Shown: positions 1 to 11,435 of the stretch, one piece after another
Layout of the letters: every line of letters begins with the position of its first letter
Numbering within the stretch: the first letter of the stretch is position 1
DNA from: Octopus vulgaris
Lineage: Eukaryota
Reading direction: 5' to 3'
DNA length: 64,000 bases
Assembly (NCBI GenBank): GCA_951406725.2
Contig: OX597821.1
Coordinates: 58,900,001-58,964,000 of the forward strand
The notes under the pieces: model-generated
The model's input: only the letters and a program-made list of their open reading frames with translations
The model's database searches: none
What the model was told of the DNA's origin: nothing
Made by a program: the position numbers and the translations under genes

Positions 1-30
1 TACAACAACATCTGATAGTCTGGTTAGTCA

Positions 31-70
<40 letters not shown>

Positions 71-244
71 CATACACACCCATACACACCCACACACACA
101 TACACATTGCCTGTAGAATTTCCATCACAACTGTCTGACAAATGGGAAAGAGAAATTTAATTAACAGTTCTGTGATAATTTTGCAGCTATAATAAAAAGT
201 ATGTATGTATATATATAAATACATACTTTATATTTATATATATA

Positions 245-2019
245 TCTATATAAATAAAAGTGAAGTTGTGTGAGTGTCTGTCTCCTACGATTTAGATTCC
301 TAACTACTCCCACATTTTGCGGTGCAGTTTAACCAAATTTAGGTATCTTGTAGTCGTGATTCATATCGAGCCCATCTGGGTATTAGCGCGCATCTACGAT
401 GAGTCTACGATTTAAAAAATAATTTAACATCATTTTTTTCCATTTTAACACATATTTTTTAAATTGCTTCTCCCCTTTCTTCCCTCCCTCGTTAAGCTGT
501 GGGGAAGGGAGTGTAAGGAAATCAACGTCGTAAAGCGTTGTCAAGGAGACCAGCGTTCTTTTAGAACAACAACTTCATGGCTTGAAGACACCAAAACAGA
601 AATGGCTAAGAAAGCCCGAAAGCAAATTCTACAAAATCGGGAAACACGCCACACAGGGAAGGTTTCCCGTGCAAAGAATTTGCACAACTGAATGTTTTAG
701 TTGTTGCACAACTTTTACTTAAAAAATATTATCCAAACACAAATTTTTGAAGGCAATATTGTATGGCGATGGTACTTGTGAAATATTGTAATGGATTTAG
801 TAGCCAAAAGGAGAGAGCAGAGGCATATTATGGTGGTGGTGGAGGTGGTGGTAGTGGCAGCGGTGGTGGCGGCGGTGCTGGTAGTGGTGATGGTGGTCGT
901 GGTGTTGGTGTTGTTGTTGTGGTGGTGGTGGTGGTTGGGTGGTGTTGGTGGTGGTGGGGGTGGTGATGATGGTGGTGGTGGTGGTGGTGGTGGTGGTGGT
1001 GGTGGTGGTGGTGGTGGTCGTCGTGGTGGTCTTCGTGATGGTGGTGGCGATGGTGGTCGTCGTGTTTGTGGTGGTGGTGGTTCGTCGTCTTTGTGGTGGT
1101 GGTGGTGGTGTTGTTGTTGGTGGTGGTGGTGGGGGTGGTGATGATGGTGATGATGGTGGTGGTGGTGGTGGTGGTGATGATGGTGGTGGTGGTGGTGATG
1201 ATGGTGGTGGTAGTTGTGGTCATGGTGGTCTTCGTGATGGTGGTGGTGGTCGTGGTCGTGGTGGTCGTCGTGATGGTGGTGGTGATGGTCATGGGCATAG
1301 TGGTGGTGGTGGTGGTGGCTGAAGCTATCGTCTGGGTTCTTCCAATTTTTTCGTGTGTCGGTGGCGGCGTTGGCGTTCATGCTCGCACCTGCACCTGTGT
1401 AGCTCCTCCCCTTCTTCCCTCCCTTGTGAAGCTGTGGAAAAGGCAGGGTAGGGAAATCAACGTCGTAAAGCGTTGTCAAGGAGACCAGCGTTCTTTTAGA
1501 ACAACGACTTCATGGCTTGAAGTCGCCAAAACAGAAATCGCTAAAAAAGCTGAAACAGATCCACAAAAACGACAAAAACCGCCACACAGGGCAGGTTTCC
1601 TGTGCAAACAATTTGCACAACCGAATGTTTAAGTTGTTGCACAAATCTTTATATATAAAAGTGAAGTTCTGTGTCTGTCTCCTACAATTTAGATTCCTAA
1701 CTACTCCCACATCTTGCAGTGCAGTTTAACTATCTTATAGTCGTGATTCATATCGAGCCCTTCTGGGTATTAGCATGCGTCTACGATGAGTCTACGATTT
1801 AAAAAAAAATTTACCATCATTTTTTCCATTTAATGCATTTTTTCGCTATTATATAAGGGAAGTAACTCTCTAAAAATGTCTACGATGAGTCAATGATTTT
1901 AAAAAAATTACCATCATTTTTTATTCCATTTTTAATGCATTTTTTTGCTATAACTCACTAAAAATGCTTATATAGTTATTTCCCTTACAAACCCAAGCAA
2001 CGCCAGGCGATACTGCTAG
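245..2019 (+). mobile_element. Composite non-autonomous Helitron-like element
   Basis: 5' end A|TC (244/245, TCTATATAAATAAAAGTGAAG). 3' end is an imperfect hairpin-like CCCAAGCAACGCCAGG followed by CTAG|T (2016-2019/2020). A second 5' end (A|TC at 1646) repeats the first. Segment ~466-713 is duplicated at ~1402-1643. Confidence 0.6.
830..1318. repeat. Degenerate (GGT)n/(GAT)n trinucleotide tract, ~490 bp
   Basis: Directly visible. It produces the poly-His/Pro/Thr/Val ORFs in the track. Confidence 0.95.
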
Positions 2020-2057
2020 TATATATATATAAATTTTACAAATATTTTAATTAATTA

Positions 2058-3331
2058 TCAGCTCATCACATAAGTTCTGTCCAAATTTTGAATAAAGAAA
2101 ACAAGTGATCAAATGTTATATTTAATTGAAATTTAATCATCAAGGTACTTTCCCTGATTATCTATGATTTCCTTCTGTCTATTTACAAGCTTTTTAATCC
2201 CATCAATGTAAAACTCTTTTGATTTCAAAGCAAAGAACTCTGAAATGTCAGTTTTGACCTTCTTCTGGCTTGCGAAAATTATGTCCCCCAAATGATTCTG
2301 TAAACTACGAAACAAATGGTAGTCTGAAGGAGCAAGGTCGGGAGAATAAGGTGGATGGGGAATTTTTTCCCAACCAAGCTCTTTGATCTTCTGTGATGTG
2401 ATCTTTGCAGTGTGGGGTTGCGCATTGTCCTGATGAAACATCACTCCTTTTTTATTCACTAAAGCAGGTCTTTTTTTCTTCAAAGCTTGGTTCAAACACT
2501 AATTGCTAACAGTAGACTTGAGCATTGATTGTTGCATTAGGTGGTAACAATTCAAAGTGAATTACTCCTTTGCAATCACACCAGATAGAGAGAAGAACCT
2601 TTTTCCCATGATTTTCCCTACTCTGTTGTGGTTGAGCTTTTTTCCCTTTTACCAAGCCACTGTTTACAACGTTTAGCATTTCAATAGAAGATCCATTTTT
2701 CATTACTAGTTACAAGTCTATCCAAAAAGGGTTAAACGAGTTTACAAGAATGGAGAGAAGAGCAGATGTGAACTCGGGATTTGCGGTTGCTTTCAGACAA
2801 TTCATGAGGCACTCATTTTCCAAGTTTAGGAACCTTTGCAAGTTGTTGAAAATGATGATGAACAGTTGTATGGTTTGATTTAAGCTTTATTGCCAATTCT
2901 TCAACTGATAATGCAGGATTTTCTTCAAGTAATGCCTCAAGGAGCTTATCATCAGACTCAACTAGATGTCCTGTTCAATCTTCATCTTCAAGGCTGAAAT
3001 CTCCACTTCTGAATTTTGCAAACCATCTTCTGCAAGTTCTTTCATTCAAGCATTCTTTCCCATAAACTGAGTGTATGTTTCAAGTTGCTTTGGCTGCAGA
3101 GTTTCCTTTTTTGTACTTATAAAGCATTATGTGCCTCAAATGCTCTTTGGATACTTCCATGTTAGAAAGGGTTTTAATCAAAGAAATTTTAATTCTATTA
3201 TTCTGTAAAATAATATTTAATTAGTTTAAATGTACACAAATGCATAAAAATAATTTTTAATTCCATTAGACATTCTAAAATGCTATTAAATTTCATTCAA
3301 TTTAAAAAGGGTAAAATTGGACAGAACCTGA
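2058..3331 (-). mobile_element. Mariner (D,D34D) transposon relic, near full length
   Basis: TA-flanked TIRs: TCAGCTCATCACATAAGTTCTGTCC (left) and GGACAGAAC-CTGA (right, 12-bp deletion). Length ~1.27 kb with internal transposase motifs. Confidence 0.92.
2133..3160 (-). pseudogene. Mariner transposase pseudogene
   Basis: Starts MEVSKEHLRHIMLY. WVPHEL is mutated to *VPHEL and the first catalytic D appears as N (TSNEKW). HQDNAQPH...YSPDLAPSD has 34-residue spacing. Stops and frameshifts split the ORF. Confidence 0.92.
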
Positions 3332-3347
3332 TATATACATAATAAGT

Positions 3348-3495
3348 TTGAGAAACACCAGAGTTGATAATAAAGAGTTGTGGGTCAGACAGAGCTCTGT
3401 CAGCACTTTGTACAGCAGTGTGAGCCGTTTAGAAGTTTCTAGTCCAAGAGATGATAGATGGCTGGAGCCAATAGGTAGGACATTTTGTCCAAGTT
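3348..3495 (-). mobile_element. Degenerate non-LTR (CR1/Jockey-type) reverse transcriptase fragment
   Basis: Minus-strand translation ...IISWTRNF*...ALSDPQLFIINSGVSQ resembles the W..FL..R...S....SGVPQGS RT motif region. It ends near the mariner. Confidence 0.4.
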
Positions 3496-3920
3496 TATTG
3501 AGGGTGGGAGTTGAGTCAGGGTTATTTAGCTTAGCATAGGAGAAAAGATCTCCAGTAGATCTGGTTCTATGTGAAATTTATATTAGTGGTCATTAAAGGA
3601 GAGAGGGGCAAGAAAGAGAAAAAGGAAGGCAGAGAAAGAGAAGGAAGGGAGATAGAGAAAGGAAGAGCGAGTGAGAGAGTGAAGATGATGGAGATGGTTG
3701 TTATTACCATCTTTATTACCTTTGAGATGTTGGAAGTAAATGCAATAGGACCCCAATTGGCGCAGTCAGAAGGAGTTTACTTTTTCGGAGTTGGACATAA
3801 TACACACATACACACACACACATGCATACATGCACACATGCATGTACACACACACACACACACACACACACACCCACACAAGGTGTATTTCCAAAGATGA
3901 AGATATATTGAGAGAAAGGA

Positions 3921-4653
3921 GGATCTTTTCGGTTTGAACGGCAGTTTTTAAAAATAATTTCTATGTAACTAAAAAATTTTAAACTTCGTATACTGGTAGA
4001 AAGTGTTTATAAAACATCTTTTTCTCTTGTTTTTCTTGAGAAAATTCTATAGTTTGTAAGATATTTGATCTTTAATTTCTTGCATTTCGGCAATTTCAAG
4101 CAATCAATGATGTCTATTGAGGTGAAAACGATTTCTACCGTAACATTTTATGAGAAAAAAGATACCCTGTGGCCATAAACTGAGGGGTCACTTGTAAACA
4201 GAGCTGGATAACAAAACCATTCCCTCTTTAGTGTCCACCCATAATTATGACCTTAGTATCGATCTATTGCATTTCAATCTGTTTTAGGGTTAGGGTTAGG
4301 GGTTGGGTTAGGGTTAAGGTTAGGGTTTAGGTTAGGGTTAGGGGTGGGGGGGGAAGGGTATCTTTTTTTCTTCAGAAATGTAAATAAACCCAATCTGTTT
4401 CTTAAACAAGGGACATTTTCATATTTCACCGCCACAAAATTTTACAGCAGGTAATATTTTCACCTCAATATACATCATTGATTGGTTGAAATTGCCAAAA
4501 TTGAAGAAAATATCTTACAAACTACAGAATTTTCTCAAGAAAGCCAAGAGAAAAAGATGTTTTATAAACACATTCTACCAGTATACGAAGTTTAGAAGTG
4601 TTTAGTTACATAGAAAATATTTTAAAAAACTGCCGTTCAAACCGAAAAGTTCC
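3921..4653. mobile_element. Foldback/MITE with ~200-bp TIRs and GG termini (Merlin-like)
   Basis: Arms 3921-4128 and 4457-4653 are reverse complements (GGATCTTTTCGGTTTGAACGGCAG / CTGCCGTTCAAACCGAAAAGTTCC). Flanking 8-mers AGAAAGGA / AGAAAGGG match 7/8. Confidence 0.75.
4284..4353 (+). repeat. Interstitial telomere-like (TTAGGG)n degenerate array plus G-run
   Basis: TTAGGGTTAGGGTTAGGGGTTGGGTTAGGGTTAAGGTTAGGG..., about 10 units. Confidence 0.9.
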
Positions 4654-4820
4654 AGAAAGGGAGAGGTAGAGAAAGAGGAGTAAGAAGGAAGAGAAGTAGG
4701 AAGAGAAAGAAGATACGGAGAGAGGGAGGGTAGAGAAAGGAGCGGGAAGGTGTGCAGGGGGAGAGAGAAGGAGGTGGAAGGTAGAAAAAAGGAGAGAGAG
4801 GGGGAAAGAAAAGAGAGCGA

Positions 4821-5053
4821 GGTGGCGAGCTGGCAGAAATGTTAGCACGCCAGGCGAAATGCTTAGCAGTATTTCGTCTGCCGTTACGTTCTGAGTTCAA
4901 ATTCCCCCGAGGTCGACTTTGCTTTCATCCTTTCGGGGTCGATAAATTAAGTACCAGTTATGCACTGGGGTCGATGTAATCGACTTAATCCCCTTGTCTT
5001 CTTTCTTTGTCCCCTTTATGTTTAGCCCCTTGTGGGCAATAAAGAAATAAGAA
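4821..5053 (+). mobile_element. SINE family B (GGCGAGCTGGCAGAA head)
   Basis: A-box-like TGGCAGAA and B-box GAGTTCAAATTCC, core CTTTCATCCTTTCGGGGTCGATAAATTAAGTACCAG. Near-identical copies at 20621, 39100 and 40975. Confidence 0.85.
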
Positions 5054-5622
5054 AAGAGAGGGAGGAGGGAGGATGAGAATGGGAAGGAGGAGAGAGGAGA
5101 AAGAGAGAGAGAGAGAGAAAGAGAGAAAGAGAGAGAGATGGGATATATATCATCATCATTTAACATCCATTGTCTATGCTGGCATGGGTTGGATGGTTTG
5201 ACCAGGGCCGGTAAACTGAGGGGCTGCTCCAGATTCTAGTTTGATTTGACATGGTTTTCTGCAGCTGGATACCCTTCCTAATGCTAACCACTCCAAGAGT
5301 GTAATGGGTGCTTTTACGTGCCGTGGGCATGAGTACCAGTCATGTGACACCAGTATCTGTCACAACTATGATTTCATTCAACTTGATGGATCCTACTTCT
5401 CAAGCACACCATATTGCCAAAGGTCTTGGTAATTTGTCATTACCTCTGTGAGGCCCAATGCTCAGAAGGTACTTTTATACATGCCAGCAACACAGGTGCC
5501 TATTACATGACACTGAGAACAACCTCAATTATGATTTCACTTGGCTTGACGGGTCTTCGAAAACATGGCATATTGCCAAATGTCTCGGTTGCTAGTCATT
5601 ACCTTATATATATATAAGATAA

Positions 5623-5773
5623 GGCATAGGTGTGGCTGTGTGGTAAGAAGCTTGTTTCCCAACCACTTGGTTCTGGGTTCAGTCCCACTGCATGGTACCT
5701 TGGGCAAGTATCTTCTACTATAGCCACAGGCTGACCAAAGCCTTGTGAGGAGATGGAAACAGAAAGAAGTCTG

Positions 5774-5824
<51 letters not shown>

Positions 5825-6440
5825 GTATACATATTGAGTCAAGTACATCAACATCAAAATAAAAACCAAATGGAAATTGTAGTTGTGATACCTGTGCTGG
5901 TGGCATGTAAAAAGCACCATCCAAACATGGCCGATGCCAGCACCGCCTGGACTGGAATCCATGCTGGTGGCATGTAAAAAGCACCAACTGATTGTGGCCG
6001 TTGCCACCCTTTTCTGGCCCCTGTGCCGGTGGCACATAAATATCACCCACTACACTTACAGAGTGGTTGGCTTTATAAAGGGCATCCAGCTGTAGAAACA
6101 CTGCCAGATCAGACTGGAACCTGGTGCAGCCTCCTGGTTTCCCAGACCCCGGTCGAACCGTCCAACCCATGCTAGCATGGAAAATGGACATTAAATGATA
6201 ATGATGATGATATATTTGTTTGTCTTTGTGTCTGTGTTTGTCCCCCTATCACTGCTTGTCAACCAGTGTTGGTGTGTTTATGTCCCCATAAACTAGCAAT
6301 TCAGTAAAAGAGATTGATAGAATAAGTACTAAACTTAAGAAATAGGTCCTGATAGTCCATTTGTTTGACTAGACCTCTTCAAGGTGGTGCTCTGGCATGG
6401 CAGCAGTCAAATGACTGAAACAAAAAAACCAATAAAAGAA
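5623..6440 (+). mobile_element. SINE family A copy interrupted by a family C insertion in its (TA)n
   Basis: Head TGGCTGTGTGGTAAG...GGTTCAGTCCC, 3' body ...ATGACTGAAACAA. The body resumes at ~6211 after the nested element. Confidence 0.8.
5833..6210 (+). mobile_element. Family C repeat (RTE-type 3' end, (GAT)n tail)
   Basis: ...AAGGGCATCCAGCTGTAGAAAC...CCAACCCATGCTAGCATGGAAAATGGACATTAAATGATAATGATGA. The same 3' end follows RTE coding sequence at 19060-19740. Confidence 0.75.
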
Positions 6441-6580
6441 TATATCAAAATAAGAAGTTGGAAAAATGTTTCAGTATTCTTTATTCACCATTACGCATGT
6501 TTCATTTGCTAACAGGAATGAGACATGTAATGCTGAAGAAATAATTCCAAAAACTTTTTCCGATTTCCTGTTTTGATATA
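6441..6580. repeat. Imperfect 140-bp palindrome with degenerate hammerhead-like motif (Penelope-type relic)
   Basis: Arms TATATCAAAATAAGAAGTTGGAAAAA / TTTTTCCGATTTCCTGTTTTGATATA. CTGAAGA at 6533-6539 on one arm and GAAACATT on the mirror arm. Confidence 0.45.
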
Positions 6581-6631
6581 CATCATCATCATCATCATCA
6601 TCATCACCATCACCATCACCATCACCATCAC

Positions 6632-6671
<40 letters not shown>

Positions 6672-7140
6672 GTTTAACGTTCGTTTTCCATGATAGCATG
6701 GGTTGGACAGTTCGACCGGGGTCTGGGTAGCCAGGAGGCTACACCAGGCTCCAGTCTGATCTGGCAGTGTTTCTACAACTGGATGCCCTTCCTAATACCA
6801 ACCACTCTGTGAGTGTAGTGAGTTCTTTTTACATGCCACCAGCACATGTGCCAGGGGAGGCTGGCAGCAGCCACAATTAGTTGGTGCTTTTTACATGCCA
6901 CCGGCACAGAAGCCAGTCAAGGCGGCACTGGCATCGGCCACGATGGTGCTTTTTACTATTTTCATTTGATATTTATTTTGATGTTGATGTACTTGACTCA
7001 ATAGGTCTCCTCAAGCACAGCAGGTCGCCCTACAATCCAAGGTAAGCACAGCAGGCCATCCTGTGAGCCATGAACTCACTTCATTTGGCGGGTCTTCACA
7101 GTCACAGCAGAGGACTCGGTCTTTTGTCATTGCCTCTATG
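6581..7140 (-). mobile_element. Family C repeat, reverse orientation, with long (CAT)n tail
   Basis: 6670-7002 is the reverse complement of 5833-6210. (CAT/CAC)n at 6581-6670. Confidence 0.75.
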
Positions 7141-7711
7141 AGGGGGAGGGATTTTGTGTGTATCCTTGTCTAGACATCACCTGGTGGTTATAAAAGAGCA
7201 TCATCCTCATACAAGTGAGGTTGTTTCTTTCCAGGCTTCTGTGTAAACCCTGTCTAGCTATGACAAAAATATTACCTTGTTTGAGAACAGGAGAGGGTTG
7301 GTGACAGGAAGAGCATTTGGCTGTAGAAAATCTGCCTCAATAAATTCTGTTTGAACTATGCAAGCATTGGAAAAGTGGATGTTAATTGATGATGAAACTC
7401 ACAGATTGCTTATGGGCCCTTCCCTTCTGAAGTCATAGGATGTAATTAAAGAAGATTTGACTGCTATTTCTAACAGCTTGAGTGACCACATAAAGGCTCT
7501 CTCTTGTCTTGTTTCTCACTCAAATTGAGCTGATATATCCCAAGACATTCTTGTCATAATCATATCAACAGTTTTGTATATAATGGATGACATTGTCCAA
7601 TGAATTATTTTTCTGATATGGTAAACTTAGATAAACTTAGATATGTTTCGACCAAAGATTGGTCCAAGCCATGTCTAACTTAATAGCACCACCTGATAGA
7701 ATTATCTAAAT

Positions 7712-8005
7712 CCTGTTTAAGTCAAGTTTTGTTTATGGTCCATTCAAGTAGTGAGTTCTTGTTGAGTGAGTTGTATCCAGATATAAGTGGCTTATCCGGT
7801 ATTCCTTGAAGAAATTTGTCCAGACTCCGTTTAAAGGTGATGGGATACTTTTCCTCTTTGATCTCTTTTGGGACAATGTTAAACAGGGCAGGGCCTGTTG
7901 AGGAAAAGAAATTGTGTTGCAGTGTACCTATATGTTGTGATCCTGAATTGGGCAGGGGATGTATAGCCTGTGGTCCCAGCTTTGGATGAACCTTGAAACT
8001 AATGT
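7712..8005 (-). mobile_element. CR1-group LINE ORF2 C-terminal fragment
   Basis: Minus translation ...NFFSSTGPALFNIVPKEIKEEKYPITFKRSLDKFLQGIPDKPLISGYNSLNKNSLLEW, matching the typical GP.LFN.+P...FK..LD.FL..IPD.P end of CR1/L2-like RTs. Confidence 0.7.
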
Positions 8006-9134
8006 TCAGGTAGGGGTCAATTTAAAGGAGATATGGTTGCTATTTCTAGCAGGCTAAGAGAGACTTTCTTGTTGGAGCATTTTCTACCTGCTTACATAGG
8101 ATGCAACATAATCAAATTGCTAAGAAGTTTACTTTGCAATCAAAAGGTCCCTGGTTCAATTTCACTGCATGTCATCTTGGGTATATGGTCTTTTACCATA
8201 GCTTAATGTTAACCCAAACCATATCAGTGAAATTAGGTGGATGGAAATTGTATTGAAGCCATCAGGTGAATTGTATCTGTAAATTAAAGGTTTGTCTTTG
8301 TTGTCAGGTAAGATTAATTCACCACCACTACCATCATCATCATTATCACCACCACCAATACCATCATCATCATTTAATGCCCATTTTACCACATTTGCAT
8401 GGGTTAGACAGAATTTGTTGCGGCAGATTTTCTATGATCAAATGCTCCTCATGTCTGCAACCCTCACCTGTTTGTTTCCAAGCAAGATAATAATTACCAT
8501 GACCAGACATTTTTTCAGAATATTGGAAATGAATGGCACTGCTTGTGTAATAGTGACACTCATTTACAACTAATATGCAATGTCAAGACAAAGAGACACA
8601 AATATACACACATTCACACACATACTCCCAGATACATACATACATACATACACACTACGTGTATATATATATATATATACATACATATATACATACACAC
8701 ATACATAGTGTGTATGTATGTATGTGAATGTGTGCGTGTATATATATATATATATATACATGCATATATATATATTTACATACATATATGCAAATATATA
8801 TTGACGTCTGTGCGTGTATGTTTGTCAGTAGTATATATGCGCGTTTGTGTGTATGTGTGTGTGTGTGCGCGCGCGCGCGTGTATGATTCCAAGTTCTTCC
8901 AAGTGTAATTGGTAAAAAGGAAAACAATGTTTGCTTTTGCTATAAATTTCAATACTTTCGTTGTTTTGCTCGTTACCCTTGGGTAATTGTTATAGTATTC
9001 GCTCATGAAAAAAAAAAAAAAGATGAATAATAAATGAAAACCTTTAATGCCAAAGTAGTTCTTCGTTATTATCGATCGAGGAAAAGTCTGACAAAAATAG
9101 CCAAACTCTGGTGACTTCAACAAGTTATGTTGGC

Positions 9135-9167
9135 GACCAATCGCAGATCAACGGCCCTATGACGTCA
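9135..9167 (+). promoter_or_regulatory. Promoter: NF-Y CCAAT box plus perfect CRE
   Basis: GACCAATCG (CCAAT 9137-9141) and palindromic TGACGTCA (9160-9167), in CpG-retaining, repeat-free sequence ~500 bp upstream of a strong donor site. Confidence 0.6.
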
Positions 9168-9509
9168 CTCGCTTCTGCTAACTTTCTTTCACACAAACAA
9201 GGTTCCATCATAGCAAAGACGACAACTTTAAGCAAACATCAACAGCACCGACATTAAAAGTTGTGTACGACTAAAAAAGAATCAGTAAAAAAAAACAGGA
9301 ATAAGTAGATTTGATATAAGCATTGTCATCTCGACAGATTGTAAATCTAGTTAAAACACTCGCACAAAGTTTGGTGGGGGAAGGAAAAAACACAGTTTGT
9401 GGCAGTTGGCAAAGTAGCGAAGGCGCTGGGGAGATGAGCGCTTTGTTCACTGGAAGCTGTCTTGTAGAGGGGTGTAGTAGCAGAGTTCCGTTATGTTAGT
9501 GCCAACAAC

Positions 9510-9569
9510 ATGGCTAAACGTTCCTACCAACTGCCACAACTGTTGCAGTGGGCGCTGTTAGAAAGTTGA
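9510..9569 (+). other. uORF MAKRSYQLPQLLQWALLES*, strong start context, stop overlapping the next ATG (TGATG)
   Basis: GCCAACAACATGG at 9501-9513. TGA 9567-9569 shares its A with ATG 9569-9571. Other uORFs lie at 9434-9499 and 9493-9561. Confidence 0.45.
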
Positions 9570-9683
9570 TGGATATGGATGGTAACACGTCAGATCATAG
9601 CCTACCATCCAGTGACCATACTGGGGGCACTTGGATCCAGTCCTGGGAAAAGGATATTCATTCAGTTTCAAGATTGAACTTGG
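9569..9683 (+). CDS. Probable first coding exon of an unidentified gene (MDMDGNTSDHSLPSSDHTGGTWIQSWEKDIHSVSRLNL, phase 1)
   Basis: Non-repetitive ORF ending at TTGG|GTAAGG and followed immediately by pyrimidine microsatellite (intron-like). It lies downstream of the CCAAT/CRE promoter. Protein not recognised. Confidence 0.5.
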
Positions 9684-10826
9684 GTAAGGAACTTTCTCTT
9701 TTTCTCTCCCCACCTCTCTCTCTCTCTCTCTCTCTTTCTATTTTATTTTTCTATGTCTCTCTCTCTTTTCTTTCTTTTTTTTTTCACGCCATTTTGCGAC
9801 GCTTTCCAAATTATTACATCGAAGTTGACCAAACTGTCTTTTTTTTAATGATTTAACCTTCTTTATTTTATATGTCAATGTCTTGCTATGCTCACTCCGT
9901 AAGCATTTCACTCCACAAGATTGTCTTCAATTGATGTAACCTCAAGTGAAACTCGATTGTCAAATGAAAATACCTCATAGCTCACTTTCCAATATTTTCA
10001 ATAATTCCACAGTCATTCTTTTTTGTGTGTTTATATTTATATATTTTGGAGCAGTGGACCTCGAAGTCCATACAACTTTAAACAACAGCGTGTAAATATA
10101 CTGGGTAAAAAAAAAAAACCCAATTTCAATCGAAAAAGTCAAATGCTGCCCTTCCGTTCTTTTATTTTTCAAATTAAAGTTTGTAATGTTTGTAATTTTC
10201 TAATATTTTCTCATTTACCATTTTTCAATCAAAACCAATTTAAGCAGTTCCTTCCTCTTTTAATGAAAGAAACTATAAAATTAGATATGTAATCACACAC
10301 ACGGACACAGATGCACACACACACACACACACACGGACACAGATGCACACACACACACACACACACACACATGCAGTAATGATGTTTGGTGGGTCCGGTT
10401 TTCAAGATTCCTGTTTATGTACATTAAAAAAAAAAATGTCTTTATTTTATGAGTGTTTGTTGTGTTTAAGAATGTGCATGTTTACACATGAGTAATATAT
10501 CTGTTTATTTTGTAAATATATTATTTTCATAGACGTCTGTTTTTTTGTTTTGTTTATGCATTGAATAGGTCGGCATTGCTACAGACACGCACACACACAC
10601 ATACATACACGCATGCATACATACACGCATGCATGCATGCATACATACACACACACATACATACATGCATATATACATACATACATACATACATGTGTAT
10701 GTATGTGTTCATGATTGCTGAATTGTAATAGTATATACTTGTTAATGTGTTAGTGTGTGTTTGTTTTCAAGTGTTTTATACATACATACATGCATGCATA
10801 CACACACACGCACACACATACCACAT

Positions 10827-10915
<89 letters not shown>

Positions 10916-11435
10916 AAGAAAGAGATGATGATGATGATGATGCTGTCTGTATGCAATATTTATATTATTGTTTATGTTTCCACGACTGGGTTCTCTTTAT
11001 GTATCAATATGTCTAAGCTTAATGTGTCTGTGTGTGATTCTGTTTATTTGTCATTAAAATGCTTGCCGGAACCATTGGCAAACCAAGTAATGGTTTGTTA
11101 TTGTTGTTGCTGTTCTGATAGCAGGTGATGTGTTGAACCGACTCTCCTTAATTTCCTTGCAAACTCGTCGCTTCAACTGTATTTGTTAAATATGGCATTT
11201 CACTGTTGAAGAGCCTGTTTTACTTACATCAATTATAATTAAATAATGATCTTTTGGCTTCATTTTAGCTGTTTAATGATTATTTTTTTATAATTATTTC
11301 TCTAGTTTACCAATTGGGTATGTGTGTGTGTGTGTGTGTGTTTATGTCAAGTTATAATAAAACTTTTCCATTAAACTAAAGGATTATACAATACTTTTTT
11401 TGTAGAGGACATATATATTATACTTTAACAAGAAT

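Noticed and set aside
715-1632. Long poly-His/Pro/Thr/Val/Gly ORFs (up to 254 aa)
   Set aside because: All frames are open because the (GGT)n tract has no stops. It lies inside a Helitron-like repeat.
4284-4353. True chromosome end or fusion site
   Set aside because: The array is short, degenerate and single-orientation, and is enclosed within transposon TIRs.
9510-9600. Antizyme-like +1 frameshift or selenocysteine readthrough at AGT TGA T
   Set aside because: The site is not UCC UGA, and the +1 frame stops after 5 codons. Readthrough of TGA stops before the donor, and no SECIS is seen.
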